The notes under the pieces were generated by a model, which ran no database searches, was not told the origin of the DNA, and worked only from the letters and a program-made list of their open reading frames with translations. From NCBI GenBank assembly GCA_001890965.1, contig MLAY01000008.1:552341-616340 (forward strand): a DNA stretch of 64,000 nt. The letters are read 5' to 3'. Shown here piece after piece: positions 10,577 to 19,521 of this stretch (position 1 is its first letter; each line of letters begins with the position of its first letter). A program made the position numbers and the translations under genes. This stretch comes from a marine bacterium AO1-C (lineage in GTDB: Bacteria > Bacteroidota > Bacteroidia > Cytophagales > Microscillaceae).

Positions 10577-11011
10577 ATGAAAAAAAATAATTTCAGGTCA
10601 GATTCGCCAGTAAATTATGCGCTCGAATACCTAGGCGATAAATGGACTTTGCTCATCATTAGAGACCTGGTATTTGAGGGAAAAAAGTTTTATAAGGAGT
10701 TTTTAACTTCGGAAGAGAGCATTGCGACTAATGTTTTGTCTGAACGACTCAAAAGGCTGGAAAACGCTGATATTGTTCGGTCAAAAATCTATGAAAAACA
10801 GCGAACACAGAAAATATATGCACTCACCGAAAAAGGAAAAGACCTGATTCCAATTCTGGTAGAAATTATATTGTGGTCGTCAAAACATAAGGATGGCCTC
10901 CGTGTAAGTCCTGCTTTTGTGAAGAAACTGGAAACCAATAGAGCGGAAATAATCAAGGCTATTAAAGCAAATGTGGGCAATACAACATTTAGTGCGAATG
11001 GAGGTAAATAA
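10577..11011 (+). CDS. HxlR family winged-helix transcriptional regulator
   Basis: NYALEYLGDKWTLLIIRDL...FKEF...SERLKRLENADIV pattern typical of HxlR/MarR-type regulators. ATG at 10577 is preferred over the upstream alternative start. Confidence 0.75.
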   Translation: MKKNNFRSDSPVNYALEYLGDKWTLLIIRDLVFEGKKFYKEFLTSEESIATNVLSERLKRLENADIVRSKIYEKQRTQKIYALTEKGKDLIPILVEIILWSSKHKDGLRVSPAFVKKLETNRAEIIKAIKANVGNTTFSANGGK

Positions 11012-11020
11012 ATATGTAAC

Positions 11021-11551
11021 TTGTTCAATATTTCAAATTATTCAATTCCTACCAAAATGCTTAATAGCATAAGGGTAATTCACATGAGAAATTCTGTAAT
11101 AGTTTTTGTCCTGGTTTTATTGCTCGCCGCCTGTGAATCTGGCCCACCAAACCATATCCCAGATGATGAGTTTAGAAAGGTTTTCCATAAAGACGCTAGA
11201 AATATGGGGCAATACTTCGTGCCTACTGATGCTGAACTTCTAAAGTTTGAAGTTGAGTTCAAAAGTTATCTGGAAAGCTTGACCAAATCAGGAAAGGGTT
11301 ATAAGATCAATATCTTGGAGAAAACTCATCCCCTCGAATATGGTCTTGGATGGTTCAAAAGGCGATATTTTGGACGAATCGAAAACGATTATAAACGTAA
11401 GTTGTTTGTTGAATTTGTGGCCATCCGATGTGGGGGCTCTGATGAATGGCAACAAATTGACTATCCTTCAGACTCAAATCGCGCCTGTTGGTGGAATGTA
11501 ATATACGATGTAGATAATAGTAAAATTGAAAAAATAGATTACCCTTGGTAG
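11021..11551 (+). CDS. Hypothetical lipoprotein
   Basis: Signal peptide with lipobox (LLLAACESG). The true start is probably the internal M at about 11057. Confidence 0.45.
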   Translation: MFNISNYSIPTKMLNSIRVIHMRNSVIVFVLVLLLAACESGPPNHIPDDEFRKVFHKDARNMGQYFVPTDAELLKFEVEFKSYLESLTKSGKGYKINILEKTHPLEYGLGWFKRRYFGRIENDYKRKLFVEFVAIRCGGSDEWQQIDYPSDSNRACWWNVIYDVDNSKIEKIDYPW

Positions 11552-11791
11552 AAACTTTCACCTTTTTTGATGTTTGAGCAGAATGACACCAAAAAAGCTT
11601 GGCCAATAAAGGTTAGTGGTGACATTTCACTTAAACACCTTCAACCTCTGAAATTATTGCGTTGATTAAACTTAGACGACTAAAGAAACCATAGTTTTAT
11701 TCTTTCCAATACTCCTCGCAAGTTTTGTTTTTTTGCCAGAATATACCCAAATATTTGTATCTTACTAGACAAATAAAATGATCTGACTAAA

Positions 11792-13504
11792 ATGAAAAAA
11801 CAAACACCTTCTAACAAAAAGACGGGTTCTAAAACAGTGATTCAAACCAAAGCTGCAAGCAGTTCGAAAATAGCTTCTTTAAAGCCACCTGCCTATGGCA
11901 TTCACGCTGTTGATAACTTTCAATCAACACCTTTACAAGCTAAATCAAATGTTTCTCCCTTTCCTAACCAAACTTTAGAAAGGCGAGAAAAACCCATAGG
12001 CAAAGAGCTCCCTAATAACCTGAAAACCAAGATGGAACATTTGGGCGGAGTAGACCTCTCTGATGTGAAAGTCAACTATAATTCTGCCAACCCTCAAAAA
12101 ATAGGGGCCTTGGCTTATACTAAGGGGAACCAGATTGAGATTGGCCCTGGCCAGGAAAAACATCTTCCTCATGAGACCTGGCATGCAGTGCAACAAAAAC
12201 AAGGACGAGTACAACCTACCATACAAGCCAAAGGATTAGCCGTCAACAATGACTCTGTTTTGGAAAAAGAAGCAGATTTGATGGGCAACAGAGTAAACAC
12301 TCAATTTGCAAACAAAACAAGCCCTGGTATTGGTGGAACAAAAAATAGTAAAAACCAGGCGGGGGTTGTGCAGAAAAGGGCAGCAGACCCCAAAAACCAA
12401 GCTGGATTTAGAGTAGGAGATTCTGTCGAAACCTATTGGGGAACCTGGACAATAAGAGCAGAGTCAACCCCCACTGACAATCAATATTATGGCATAAAAG
12501 TCGCCCTTGAGTTTTTACCTAATGAAAAAGTAGACGCGACTAAAATTGAAATGGTACAAGTCATGCGTGCCAGAGAAGGAGGAGAAATAAGTCATTTGGA
12601 GGCTAAAAAGAACCTACCAACCAAAGAAGAGAGAAAAGCAGGAAAAGTATTTGGTGGAGATTATCGCAAAAAACACAGTATAACTAAAAAAGATGCAATA
12701 GTAATTGACCCTAAAACGGGTGAAACTGACGAGGGGACTCACATTGACGCTTGGTGGAATAACAATAATCCCATTTTTCGTTTGAAAGGCAAAGCCAATA
12801 CTCTACAGGAAGGAACACCAGAAACGGATGAACTTAAGGGTGGATCACAAATTTACAAAAATACGCCAGGCAAACGTATTGCTAAGAATCCAACTGATGA
12901 TAGGGCTTATTTGGTTGATGGGCCAGAAATTACCAGCGGTGTCATCACCAAAAAAGGCCTTAAGAATACCTATCATAAATTAGAAACAACTGCTCTGGCA
13001 ATATCTGGCAACCAAAAAGGAACCTATTATGGTTCAGTACAATGGGGGTGGGGATTAGATGCCAATGGTAAATATTATACAGTTCCTTTGAAAGTAGTAT
13101 CAGAGGGATTTGTAAGTCCTTCATTTCTTAAAGCTGCCGAAATTTGGAACAAATCAAAAGCGAATATTGATGGCAAAGAGATAGATACCGTTGATTTACC
13201 GATTTTAAAAAATATTCAAGTGTTGAATAGTGACAAAGAAGTCACTTTATTTGAAAGCCTTAGAACAAATTCTGCTACCCCAACCAAACTTCCAAAAGGT
13301 ACACGTTTTATTATAGTAAAACCCGCCACGATGTTTGCAAAATATAAAGACAAAAAATATAAAAAGAGAAAAGACATTGACGCCAATCGTATGGTAATTA
13401 AAGTTGTAGATGGGCCGCATATCAATAAACAAGGCTATATAAGTTCAACAGTATCTATGTTAAACGAAAGCACCACCTGGCGTAAACAACAACAAAAAAA
13501 GTGA
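11792..13504 (+). CDS. DUF4157 domain protein (zincin-like HExxH toxin/effector-associated N-terminal domain) with an ~400-aa C-terminal region of unknown function
   Basis: N-terminal [26 protein letters not shown]...[17 protein letters not shown]...[12 protein letters not shown] matches the DUF4157 signature (LP..L+..ME..G.DLS.V+VH....A...GA.A.T.G..I.F..GQ...HEL.HVVQQ). Confidence 0.75.
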   Translation: MKKQTPSNKKTGSKTVIQTKAASSSKIASLKPPAYGIHAVDNFQSTPLQAKSNVSPFPNQTLERREKPIGKELPNNLKTKMEHLGGVDLSDVKVNYNSANPQKIGALAYTKGNQIEIGPGQEKHLPHETWHAVQQKQGRVQPTIQAKGLAVNNDSVLEKEADLMGNRVNTQFANKTSPGIGGTKNSKNQAGVVQKRAADPKNQAGFRVGDSVETYWGTWTIRAESTPTDNQYYGIKVALEFLPNEKVDATKIEMVQVMRAREGGEISHLEAKKNLPTKEERKAGKVFGGDYRKKHSITKKDAIVIDPKTGETDEGTHIDAWWNNNNPIFRLKGKANTLQEGTPETDELKGGSQIYKNTPGKRIAKNPTDDRAYLVDGPEITSGVITKKGLKNTYHKLETTALAISGNQKGTYYGSVQWGWGLDANGKYYTVPLKVVSEGFVSPSFLKAAEIWNKSKANIDGKEIDTVDLPILKNIQVLNSDKEVTLFESLRTNSATPTKLPKGTRFIIVKPATMFAKYKDKKYKKRKDIDANRMVIKVVDGPHINKQGYISSTVSMLNESTTWRKQQQKK

Positions 13505-13509
13505 TTTTA

Positions 13510-14718
13510 ATGAGATGTAGAATATGGATATGGAGTTGCCTTTTTCAACTTTTCATCCTAAACACTTATGCGCAGTCCCCCGAAGAACGCTTAGCCAAAT
13601 ACATAATTAATCGTGAAGCGAGAAACTTTCAATTCCCGGCAGATAGTTTTTGGCGTGACTATCAAGTTAGACCAGAGTTGATTCAAATTATTACACACCC
13701 CAATATCAGCGATAGCGTGAAGCTTGTCGTGGACAGACTTATTTCTGCCCGGTTGCATGGTATAAACTACTACAGTGTAAAGGCAAAGCAGTCATTGGCC
13801 CACATGTATGTCAAGGCAATCGCTCTTGCCTGCAACAACCCTACTCAGTCTATCATTGATACCAATATCGTGAGGTACGGCGAACCAGGCACCCCCAACT
13901 ATCGGCTTATACAAATAGGAGAAATAGCCATCCCAGCTCTACTCTCTTTATTAGAGAATCGTTGTATTTTTAATACTTATGCAAATGACCTCTTTGCTGC
14001 TCATAAACTTAGAGTCAGGGATCAGGCTGCTTTGCTAATTGCTCGAATCAAAAACATCCCTCTAACTCTAAATAAATACAAATCTCCCGTAAAACGCGAC
14101 CGGCTCATTGAAAATTTAAAGAAAAGAGTGCTTCAAGAACCTTACACCATTCCTACCAAGGACCTATTGATTGACTTCATTAAAAAAAAGGGCCTAAAGC
14201 AACACCTTCCCTCGAAAGTCAAAGATAGCTTATGGAGTCATCATCGTACAGAATTAATAGAAATCATTACCACTCCTAACATTGATGATAGAATAAAGCT
14301 TCGAGTAGATTGGATTCTGTTCTATCGCCAACGTGATCTTTCTATCTTTAATTTGGCCACCAAAAAAGCCTTGGCTCGCTTATATGCTAAAGCTTTGCGT
14401 AAAAGCTGTTATGCCCCTGATTGGTTTTATTATAGTAATGCATTCTGGGCATATATTACCTTTAATGAATTAGGAAGAATGCCAGGACATAGAATTATGC
14501 AGTTGGGGGATTTAATTGTCCCTGAATTAGCGCTTTTACTGGATGACAATTGTTTTAAATTTGGTCGGCGTGATCGCCGTTATTACTTGAGGATCAAAGA
14601 TTTTGCAGCTTTTTTTATTGCCAGAATCAAAAAAATCTCTTTACCCTTACACAAACACATTACCCCTCAAAAACGAGATGAATTGATTGAGAACTTGAAA
14701 AAAGAACTGGATAAGTAA
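13510..14718 (+). CDS. Secreted protein built from two ~190-aa tandem HEAT-like repeats
   Basis: Signal peptide (CLFQLFILNTYAQ). Clear internal duplication (ELIQIITHPNISDSVKLVVD / ELIEIITTPNIDDRIKLRVD; RIKNIPLTLNKYKSPVKRDRLIENLKK / RIKKISLPLHKHITPQKRDELIENLKK). IPALLSLLEN / VPELALLLDD are HEAT/PBS-lyase-like. Start overlaps the upstream stop. Confidence 0.6.
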   Translation: MRCRIWIWSCLFQLFILNTYAQSPEERLAKYIINREARNFQFPADSFWRDYQVRPELIQIITHPNISDSVKLVVDRLISARLHGINYYSVKAKQSLAHMYVKAIALACNNPTQSIIDTNIVRYGEPGTPNYRLIQIGEIAIPALLSLLENRCIFNTYANDLFAAHKLRVRDQAALLIARIKNIPLTLNKYKSPVKRDRLIENLKKRVLQEPYTIPTKDLLIDFIKKKGLKQHLPSKVKDSLWSHHRTELIEIITTPNIDDRIKLRVDWILFYRQRDLSIFNLATKKALARLYAKALRKSCYAPDWFYYSNAFWAYITFNELGRMPGHRIMQLGDLIVPELALLLDDNCFKFGRRDRRYYLRIKDFAAFFIARIKKISLPLHKHITPQKRDELIENLKKELDK

Positions 14719-14721
14719 TCA

Positions 14722-15276
14722 TTACTCTTCCCCTGGAAACTCCAAATACTTTACAGGTACCTGATCGGTGAGCCATACTTTGTTTTCGGATAAGAAAAAT
14801 TGGTGGCCATCGGCATGCATTTCTGCGGCATTTACAATCAAAATAATGGGTTTGCCATGGCGTGAACCCACACTTTTGGCAGTGGTTTCATCAGCCGAAA
14901 GGTGTACATGGTCTCGGTTTCGTTTTTTCAGACCTTGCGCACGAATGCTATTCACAAAACGGGTGGCTGTACCATGATATAGTACTTCAGGAGGTTTGAT
15001 GGCCTCATAGCCTAGTTTTACTCCAATAGAGTGCCCTTGACTAGCTCGAATGTAGGTTTGATCTTCGTCGAAAGCAAAGCGTTTTTTATCGTTTTCGGCT
15101 ACTACAACCTGCAAATCTTCAAAGGTAATGGGGAAATAATTGTTGGAAAACCGGTCTATCAGCATATCTACTGCTACCCAGCCTTCTTCGTCCATCACTA
15201 GCTCTATAGCCTCAGGGTGATGACGCAACACATAGCTCAATCTTTTACTGATTTTAACCATTTGGTTCTTGTTCAT
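14722..15276 (-). CDS. kptA: RNA 2'-phosphotransferase, Tpt1/KptA family
   Basis: KISKRLSYVLRHHPE ... IRASQGHS ... HGT motifs characteristic of Tpt1/KptA. Confidence 0.8.
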   Translation of the reverse strand: MNKNQMVKISKRLSYVLRHHPEAIELVMDEEGWVAVDMLIDRFSNNYFPITFEDLQVVVAENDKKRFAFDEDQTYIRASQGHSIGVKLGYEAIKPPEVLYHGTATRFVNSIRAQGLKKRNRDHVHLSADETTAKSVGSRHGKPIILIVNAAEMHADGHQFFLSENKVWLTDQVPVKYLEFPGEE

Positions 15277-15511
15277 GCTTTTGCTAATTTGGGTTACACC
15301 TGTTTTAATGGTTACATTGTTTGATCGTCCAATAGTTTATAATATATGGTAAAACTCTTGAACCTTATAGCCATTTAGCAATCGTTTTGGAGATCACTTA
15401 ATTCAGGTAATATGATTGATTTAAAGCGAATTATTGTTTTCTAATTATTCTTCAGAAAACGAAATAAATCTTAGTTGGTTTAATGATTCACCAACTACTA
15501 AAAGCGAAGCA

Positions 15512-16246
15512 ATGAAAATTTACTCAGTAATTAAAAAAGGGGAATTGCACCCGGTATATTGTGAAGATTTTTTGATCAGTACTTATGTAGGCGAAAGTTA
15601 TTATATGGGGGCTGTGTTGGATGGTTGTTCGTCGGGAGAAGACTCTCACTTTGCTTCGGCTTTGATGGGGAAGTTGCTCAAAAAAATTAGTAAAGATATT
15701 TCTCAACAAGAGCGTTTGTTGTTTGAAAACCCTCCACTGAGTGCCGAAAAAATAGCGGTCAAAATGCTCAAAAAGATGTTTTGGGAGTTACGTGATGCTC
15801 GTAAACACCTGGGATTGACCAATGTAGAAATGTTGTCTACGTTGATCTTGATGGTGTATGATGAAAATGAAAAACAGGCATTTATCATTGCCATTGGCGA
15901 TGGTATGGTAGCTATAGATGGCAAAGTCACCGAAATTGACCAGGATAATATGCCCGATTATATGGCTTACCACCTAAATCATAGTTTCGACCAGTGGTTT
16001 CAGAAACAAGAGCATATTTATCGGGTTGATCAGCCTAAGGAAATTAGTATTGCTACGGATGGAGTAGATACTTTTCGAACCCATAAAACAGATAATCCAG
16101 CTGATTTTAGTCCGATTGATTTTTTATTACTGGACAATTCACTGGAAAACACCCAGAACATGCTTACCCGTAAAGCCAATATTTTGCATAAAAAATACGG
16201 CTATTTGCCTGCTGATGATGTAAGTGTTATTCGGGTCAAGTTTTAA
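15512..16246 (+). CDS. PP2C-family (PP2C_2-like) serine/threonine phosphatase
   Basis: HPVYCEDF (CQD-like) N-terminal motif, VLDGCSSGEDSHFAS, IAIGDGMV and ATDGV aspartate-containing motifs. ATG at 15512 is preferred over the upstream TTG. Confidence 0.65.
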   Translation: MKIYSVIKKGELHPVYCEDFLISTYVGESYYMGAVLDGCSSGEDSHFASALMGKLLKKISKDISQQERLLFENPPLSAEKIAVKMLKKMFWELRDARKHLGLTNVEMLSTLILMVYDENEKQAFIIAIGDGMVAIDGKVTEIDQDNMPDYMAYHLNHSFDQWFQKQEHIYRVDQPKEISIATDGVDTFRTHKTDNPADFSPIDFLLLDNSLENTQNMLTRKANILHKKYGYLPADDVSVIRVKF

Positions 16247-16378
16247 GCAGCTCATCATATATTGTTCAATTGTTTTATTGCTGATTCCTTCAACCAAGCG
16301 CAGCACAGCGGGGTTTACCAAGTATTACAGACTTAGCGAAACAGTCTCAAAAAAACTCAACAATTTAATCACCTAACA

Positions 16379-18142
16379 ATGAAAGCAATTACTGAAAACG
16401 GCGACACGATTACGATTGACGACAAATATGAAATTAAACGAGGTGGTGAGGGTAAAATTCTGACCATTCCTGAACGCCCCAACCAAGTAGCTAAGATTTA
16501 CCTCAACCCCAATGTAACCCATTTGGGACAAGCCCAAAAAGATGCGTTGAGTGCACTGGATAACACCCACTTTGTAAAGCCATTGGAATTAATTTACCCT
16601 AAAAAAGGTAAAAAAGCGAATAAGCAAAAAGGGCTTTTAGGGTTCACAATGGAGTATTTGCCTCAGGATTTTGTGCCGTTGGCAGCTTTGTTTAAAAAAA
16701 ACTATTGTGCTGCCAATCAGATAGATACTGCTTTTAAAAATGAGTTGGTAAAGCAGCTACCTGCAATTGTAGACCACGCCCACAATCAAGACATTATCAT
16801 TGGAGATTTGAGCGGCTACAACATCATGGTAAATCCTCAGGGTGACTTGAAGTTTATTGATGTAGACGCTTACGAAACCACCATTCACACCCATACTGGA
16901 GTATTGTTGGATGAAATTCGAGATTATTTGTACAATGGGGTAGTGAGCAAAGAAAGTGATTATTTTGCGCTGGCAGTTGTCATGTTCAATCTGCTTACCC
17001 ACTTGCACCCTTTCAAGGGTATTCATAAGCTGTATAAAGTAATGGCAGAGCGCATGGTGCGCAAACTTCCAGTTTTTGTAAACGATCCCGACTTAATCAT
17101 TCCTAAATGCTATACACCTTTGACTGATGCCGCGCTTCAACAACAATTTGAACTGCTATTTGCCGAAGGCAAACGTTTTTTGATCATTGTGGGGCAACCT
17201 GTAGTACCTAGCGCTAAGCCTCAACCTACACCAGCACCTACTATTACAGCAGGAAATTTATCTATCAAAGAAATTTATCAACCTGTAGCTGGAGAATACA
17301 TCTTACGCGCTACCTTCCAACAAAATCAAGGCTTGATAGAAACCAACCGCCAGGCGTTGGTATACGATTCCAGCAATCAGGGCTATGTGACTCTTAAACA
17401 TACGATCACTCCCAATCAATTGCCACCTGAACTACAACAGGGAGAACTTCGCTGGTTTACTGGAGAAAAAAACGTATTGGCTTTACAGAATGGCGCTTTG
17501 TATCACTTTTTGGGCAATGGTGACTTCCAAAAAATTAGTAACTTCCAACTATCAGACAAGGGGCGTTATCATTTGGTTGATAATATCTTGGTGGTGTTGG
17601 ATGGGGAGTATATGCGTTGGTTGTTTTTAGATGATATTAATCGGGATTTTATTCGCATTGAACAAACTCCAGTGTTTGTACCAGGATTTGATGTATTCAA
17701 TGGTTTGATCCAAAACACAGGTGGGGTACAATATGTTTTTTACTGCTCTGGCAAGCATATCTCTACTGTCAAATCCCCGTTGTCGCTTATAGAATCGGTA
17801 CATATTCAGGGTAATGTAGGCTGGGTGAGCTATGATGAACAGCAAAACGGAGAGATTACTCGCAAATATGAGTACTTTAGCATAGATGGTCTGCAAATGA
17901 AACTCAGTGGAGAACCAGTATTTGGCCAGCGCCAATTTGCCTATAAAGCTACTTCGGCTAGTGGGGGGATTGTGTTTGAACCCGATGATGATAAAATGCG
18001 GGTGCGTCGCAGTCAGGATTTTAAGGTATTGCAGGAGTTTGATTGTAGCGTGCTAAGTACCGAAAGTGCCTTAGTGAGTACACAGGCGGGGATTGTAGCA
18101 TATGAACGAGATTTTTGTTATTTATTGAATAGCCAAAAGTGA
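16379..18142 (+). CDS. Atypical Hanks-type Ser/Thr protein kinase-like protein with a C-terminal beta-rich domain of unknown function
   Basis: Glycine-rich loop RGGEGKI, VAKIY lysine, catalytic-loop-like HNQDIIIGDLSGYNIMV, DVDAY (DFG-like), SDYFALAVVMFNLLT (subdomain IX-like). A PAPT-rich linker follows, then ~330 aa of unassigned sequence. Confidence 0.6.
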   Translation: MKAITENGDTITIDDKYEIKRGGEGKILTIPERPNQVAKIYLNPNVTHLGQAQKDALSALDNTHFVKPLELIYPKKGKKANKQKGLLGFTMEYLPQDFVPLAALFKKNYCAANQIDTAFKNELVKQLPAIVDHAHNQDIIIGDLSGYNIMVNPQGDLKFIDVDAYETTIHTHTGVLLDEIRDYLYNGVVSKESDYFALAVVMFNLLTHLHPFKGIHKLYKVMAERMVRKLPVFVNDPDLIIPKCYTPLTDAALQQQFELLFAEGKRFLIIVGQPVVPSAKPQPTPAPTITAGNLSIKEIYQPVAGEYILRATFQQNQGLIETNRQALVYDSSNQGYVTLKHTITPNQLPPELQQGELRWFTGEKNVLALQNGALYHFLGNGDFQKISNFQLSDKGRYHLVDNILVVLDGEYMRWLFLDDINRDFIRIEQTPVFVPGFDVFNGLIQNTGGVQYVFYCSGKHISTVKSPLSLIESVHIQGNVGWVSYDEQQNGEITRKYEYFSIDGLQMKLSGEPVFGQRQFAYKATSASGGIVFEPDDDKMRVRRSQDFKVLQEFDCSVLSTESALVSTQAGIVAYERDFCYLLNSQK

Positions 18143-18348
18143 GTGAAAAACGAAAAGCGTAAAGTGAAAAATTAGCGCAAAGCGGTGATTTCTCGAGTCC
18201 AAGAAGTTCCCTCCTGTTTAGGTAGGCTAGGGTGGTGATATAAGCTAAAAATGAATAATGGCGCAAAACGGAAATAATTAATTATTAACCATTTCTTATT
18301 GAATCTTTATATACCAAATAAATTACACAATTTTTAAGTATATGTCTT

Positions 18349-19431
18349 ATGGCAAGAAAAAAGAGTAGAAGAAGGACAATTATCAGAAGAATATTGCTAG
18401 CGTTGGTAGTGGGGTTGTTGTTTATGGTAGGTAACACGCTGTATGTAGCAGGCGTTTTTAGAAGCATCAAGCCGCACTTTGCAGGTACCGAAAAATCAGT
18501 GGCTATATTGGGTGGAGCCGAAGATATTACCATCGACCAAACCACGGGGATTGCCTACGTTTCGGCCGATCAGCGTCGAGCTACTTTTCAGGATAAAAAG
18601 AATCCAGTACAAGGCACGATTTATTGGGTAGATTTGAATAATCCTGCTCAGGCACCTGTAAATATGTTACCTGATTTTAAGAAAGATTTCCACCCACATG
18701 GCATTTATTTTTACCGAGCCAAATCGGGCAAGCAATTGCTTTTTGCGGTCAATCACGCCGAAAAGAATACCATTCAAAGCATCGAGCGATTTGAGGTACA
18801 GGGCAAAAAACTAGTACACCTCAATACCATTCAGCATGAGTTGATGACATCGCCCAACGATGTGGTGGCAGTGGGTGAAAATGAGTTTTACGTAACCAAT
18901 GATCACGGTTTTACCAAGGGCTTTGGCCGCACCCTGGAAGAATACTTGCGACTTCCGCTGGGGTATGTCAACTATTATGATGGCAAAACGATGAAAACGG
19001 TTTCGTCCAACATTACTTACGCCAATGGCATTAATGTAAGCCCCGATGGAAAGAAACTGTATTTGGCTTCTCCTTCTACCCGTCGGGTACTGATATTTGA
19101 CCGCAAAGCGGACAATAGCATTGAAAAAGTAACTTCGGTAGCTATAGGTACTGCTGGAGACAATATAGAATTAGACGCACAAGGAAACTTATGGCTGGGG
19201 TGCCACCCACAAATGCTCAAATATGCAGCCCACGCCAAGGATTCGAAGAAAAAGTCGCCTTCGCAAGCCATTAAAATCACGGTAAAAGGTGATAACCAAT
19301 ACGAGGTATCTGAAATATATATGAACGATGGCACTTCGCTTTCGGGGTCTAGTGTAGCGGCGGTTTATAAGAATAATTTGTTGGTAGGCGGCGTGTATGA
19401 CCGTAAGTTTTTGTGGTGTAAGATGAAGTAA
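18349..19431 (+). CDS. Paraoxonase/arylesterase (PON) family lactonase-like protein, membrane-anchored N-terminus
   Basis: Strong collinear similarity to the PON1 pattern: HPHGI, AVNH, DVVAVGENEFYVTNDH, ANGINVSPDGKKLY, NLWLGCHP, GSSVAAVYKNNLLVGGV...C. N-terminal basic stretch followed by a hydrophobic anchor. Confidence 0.8.
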   Translation: MARKKSRRRTIIRRILLALVVGLLFMVGNTLYVAGVFRSIKPHFAGTEKSVAILGGAEDITIDQTTGIAYVSADQRRATFQDKKNPVQGTIYWVDLNNPAQAPVNMLPDFKKDFHPHGIYFYRAKSGKQLLFAVNHAEKNTIQSIERFEVQGKKLVHLNTIQHELMTSPNDVVAVGENEFYVTNDHGFTKGFGRTLEEYLRLPLGYVNYYDGKTMKTVSSNITYANGINVSPDGKKLYLASPSTRRVLIFDRKADNSIEKVTSVAIGTAGDNIELDAQGNLWLGCHPQMLKYAAHAKDSKKKSPSQAIKITVKGDNQYEVSEIYMNDGTSLSGSSVAAVYKNNLLVGGVYDRKFLWCKMK

Positions 19432-19464
19432 GATACTTGTTGGTGTTGTTTTGGGCAAATGAAA

Positions 19465-19500
19465 ATCAAAAAAGCCTGTCTCGTAAGAAACAGGCTCCCT
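19465..19500 (-). terminator. Rho-independent terminator (gcctgtctc-gtaa-gaaacaggc plus T-run on the minus strand) downstream of thioredoxin paralog 1, also terminating the convergent PON-like gene
   Basis: Hairpin 19474-19495 preceded by aaaaatcaaaaa on the plus strand. Near-identical copies at 22122-22158 and 23441-23475. Confidence 0.6.
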
Positions 19501-19521
19501 TAAATATTGGTTGATTCAATG

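Noticed and set aside
18143-18348. Short imperfect repeats (gtgaaaaa...gcg) in the kinase/PON intergenic spacer
   Set aside because: Low-complexity A-rich sequence. The repeats are short and imperfect with no symmetry, so they are not reported as a feature.
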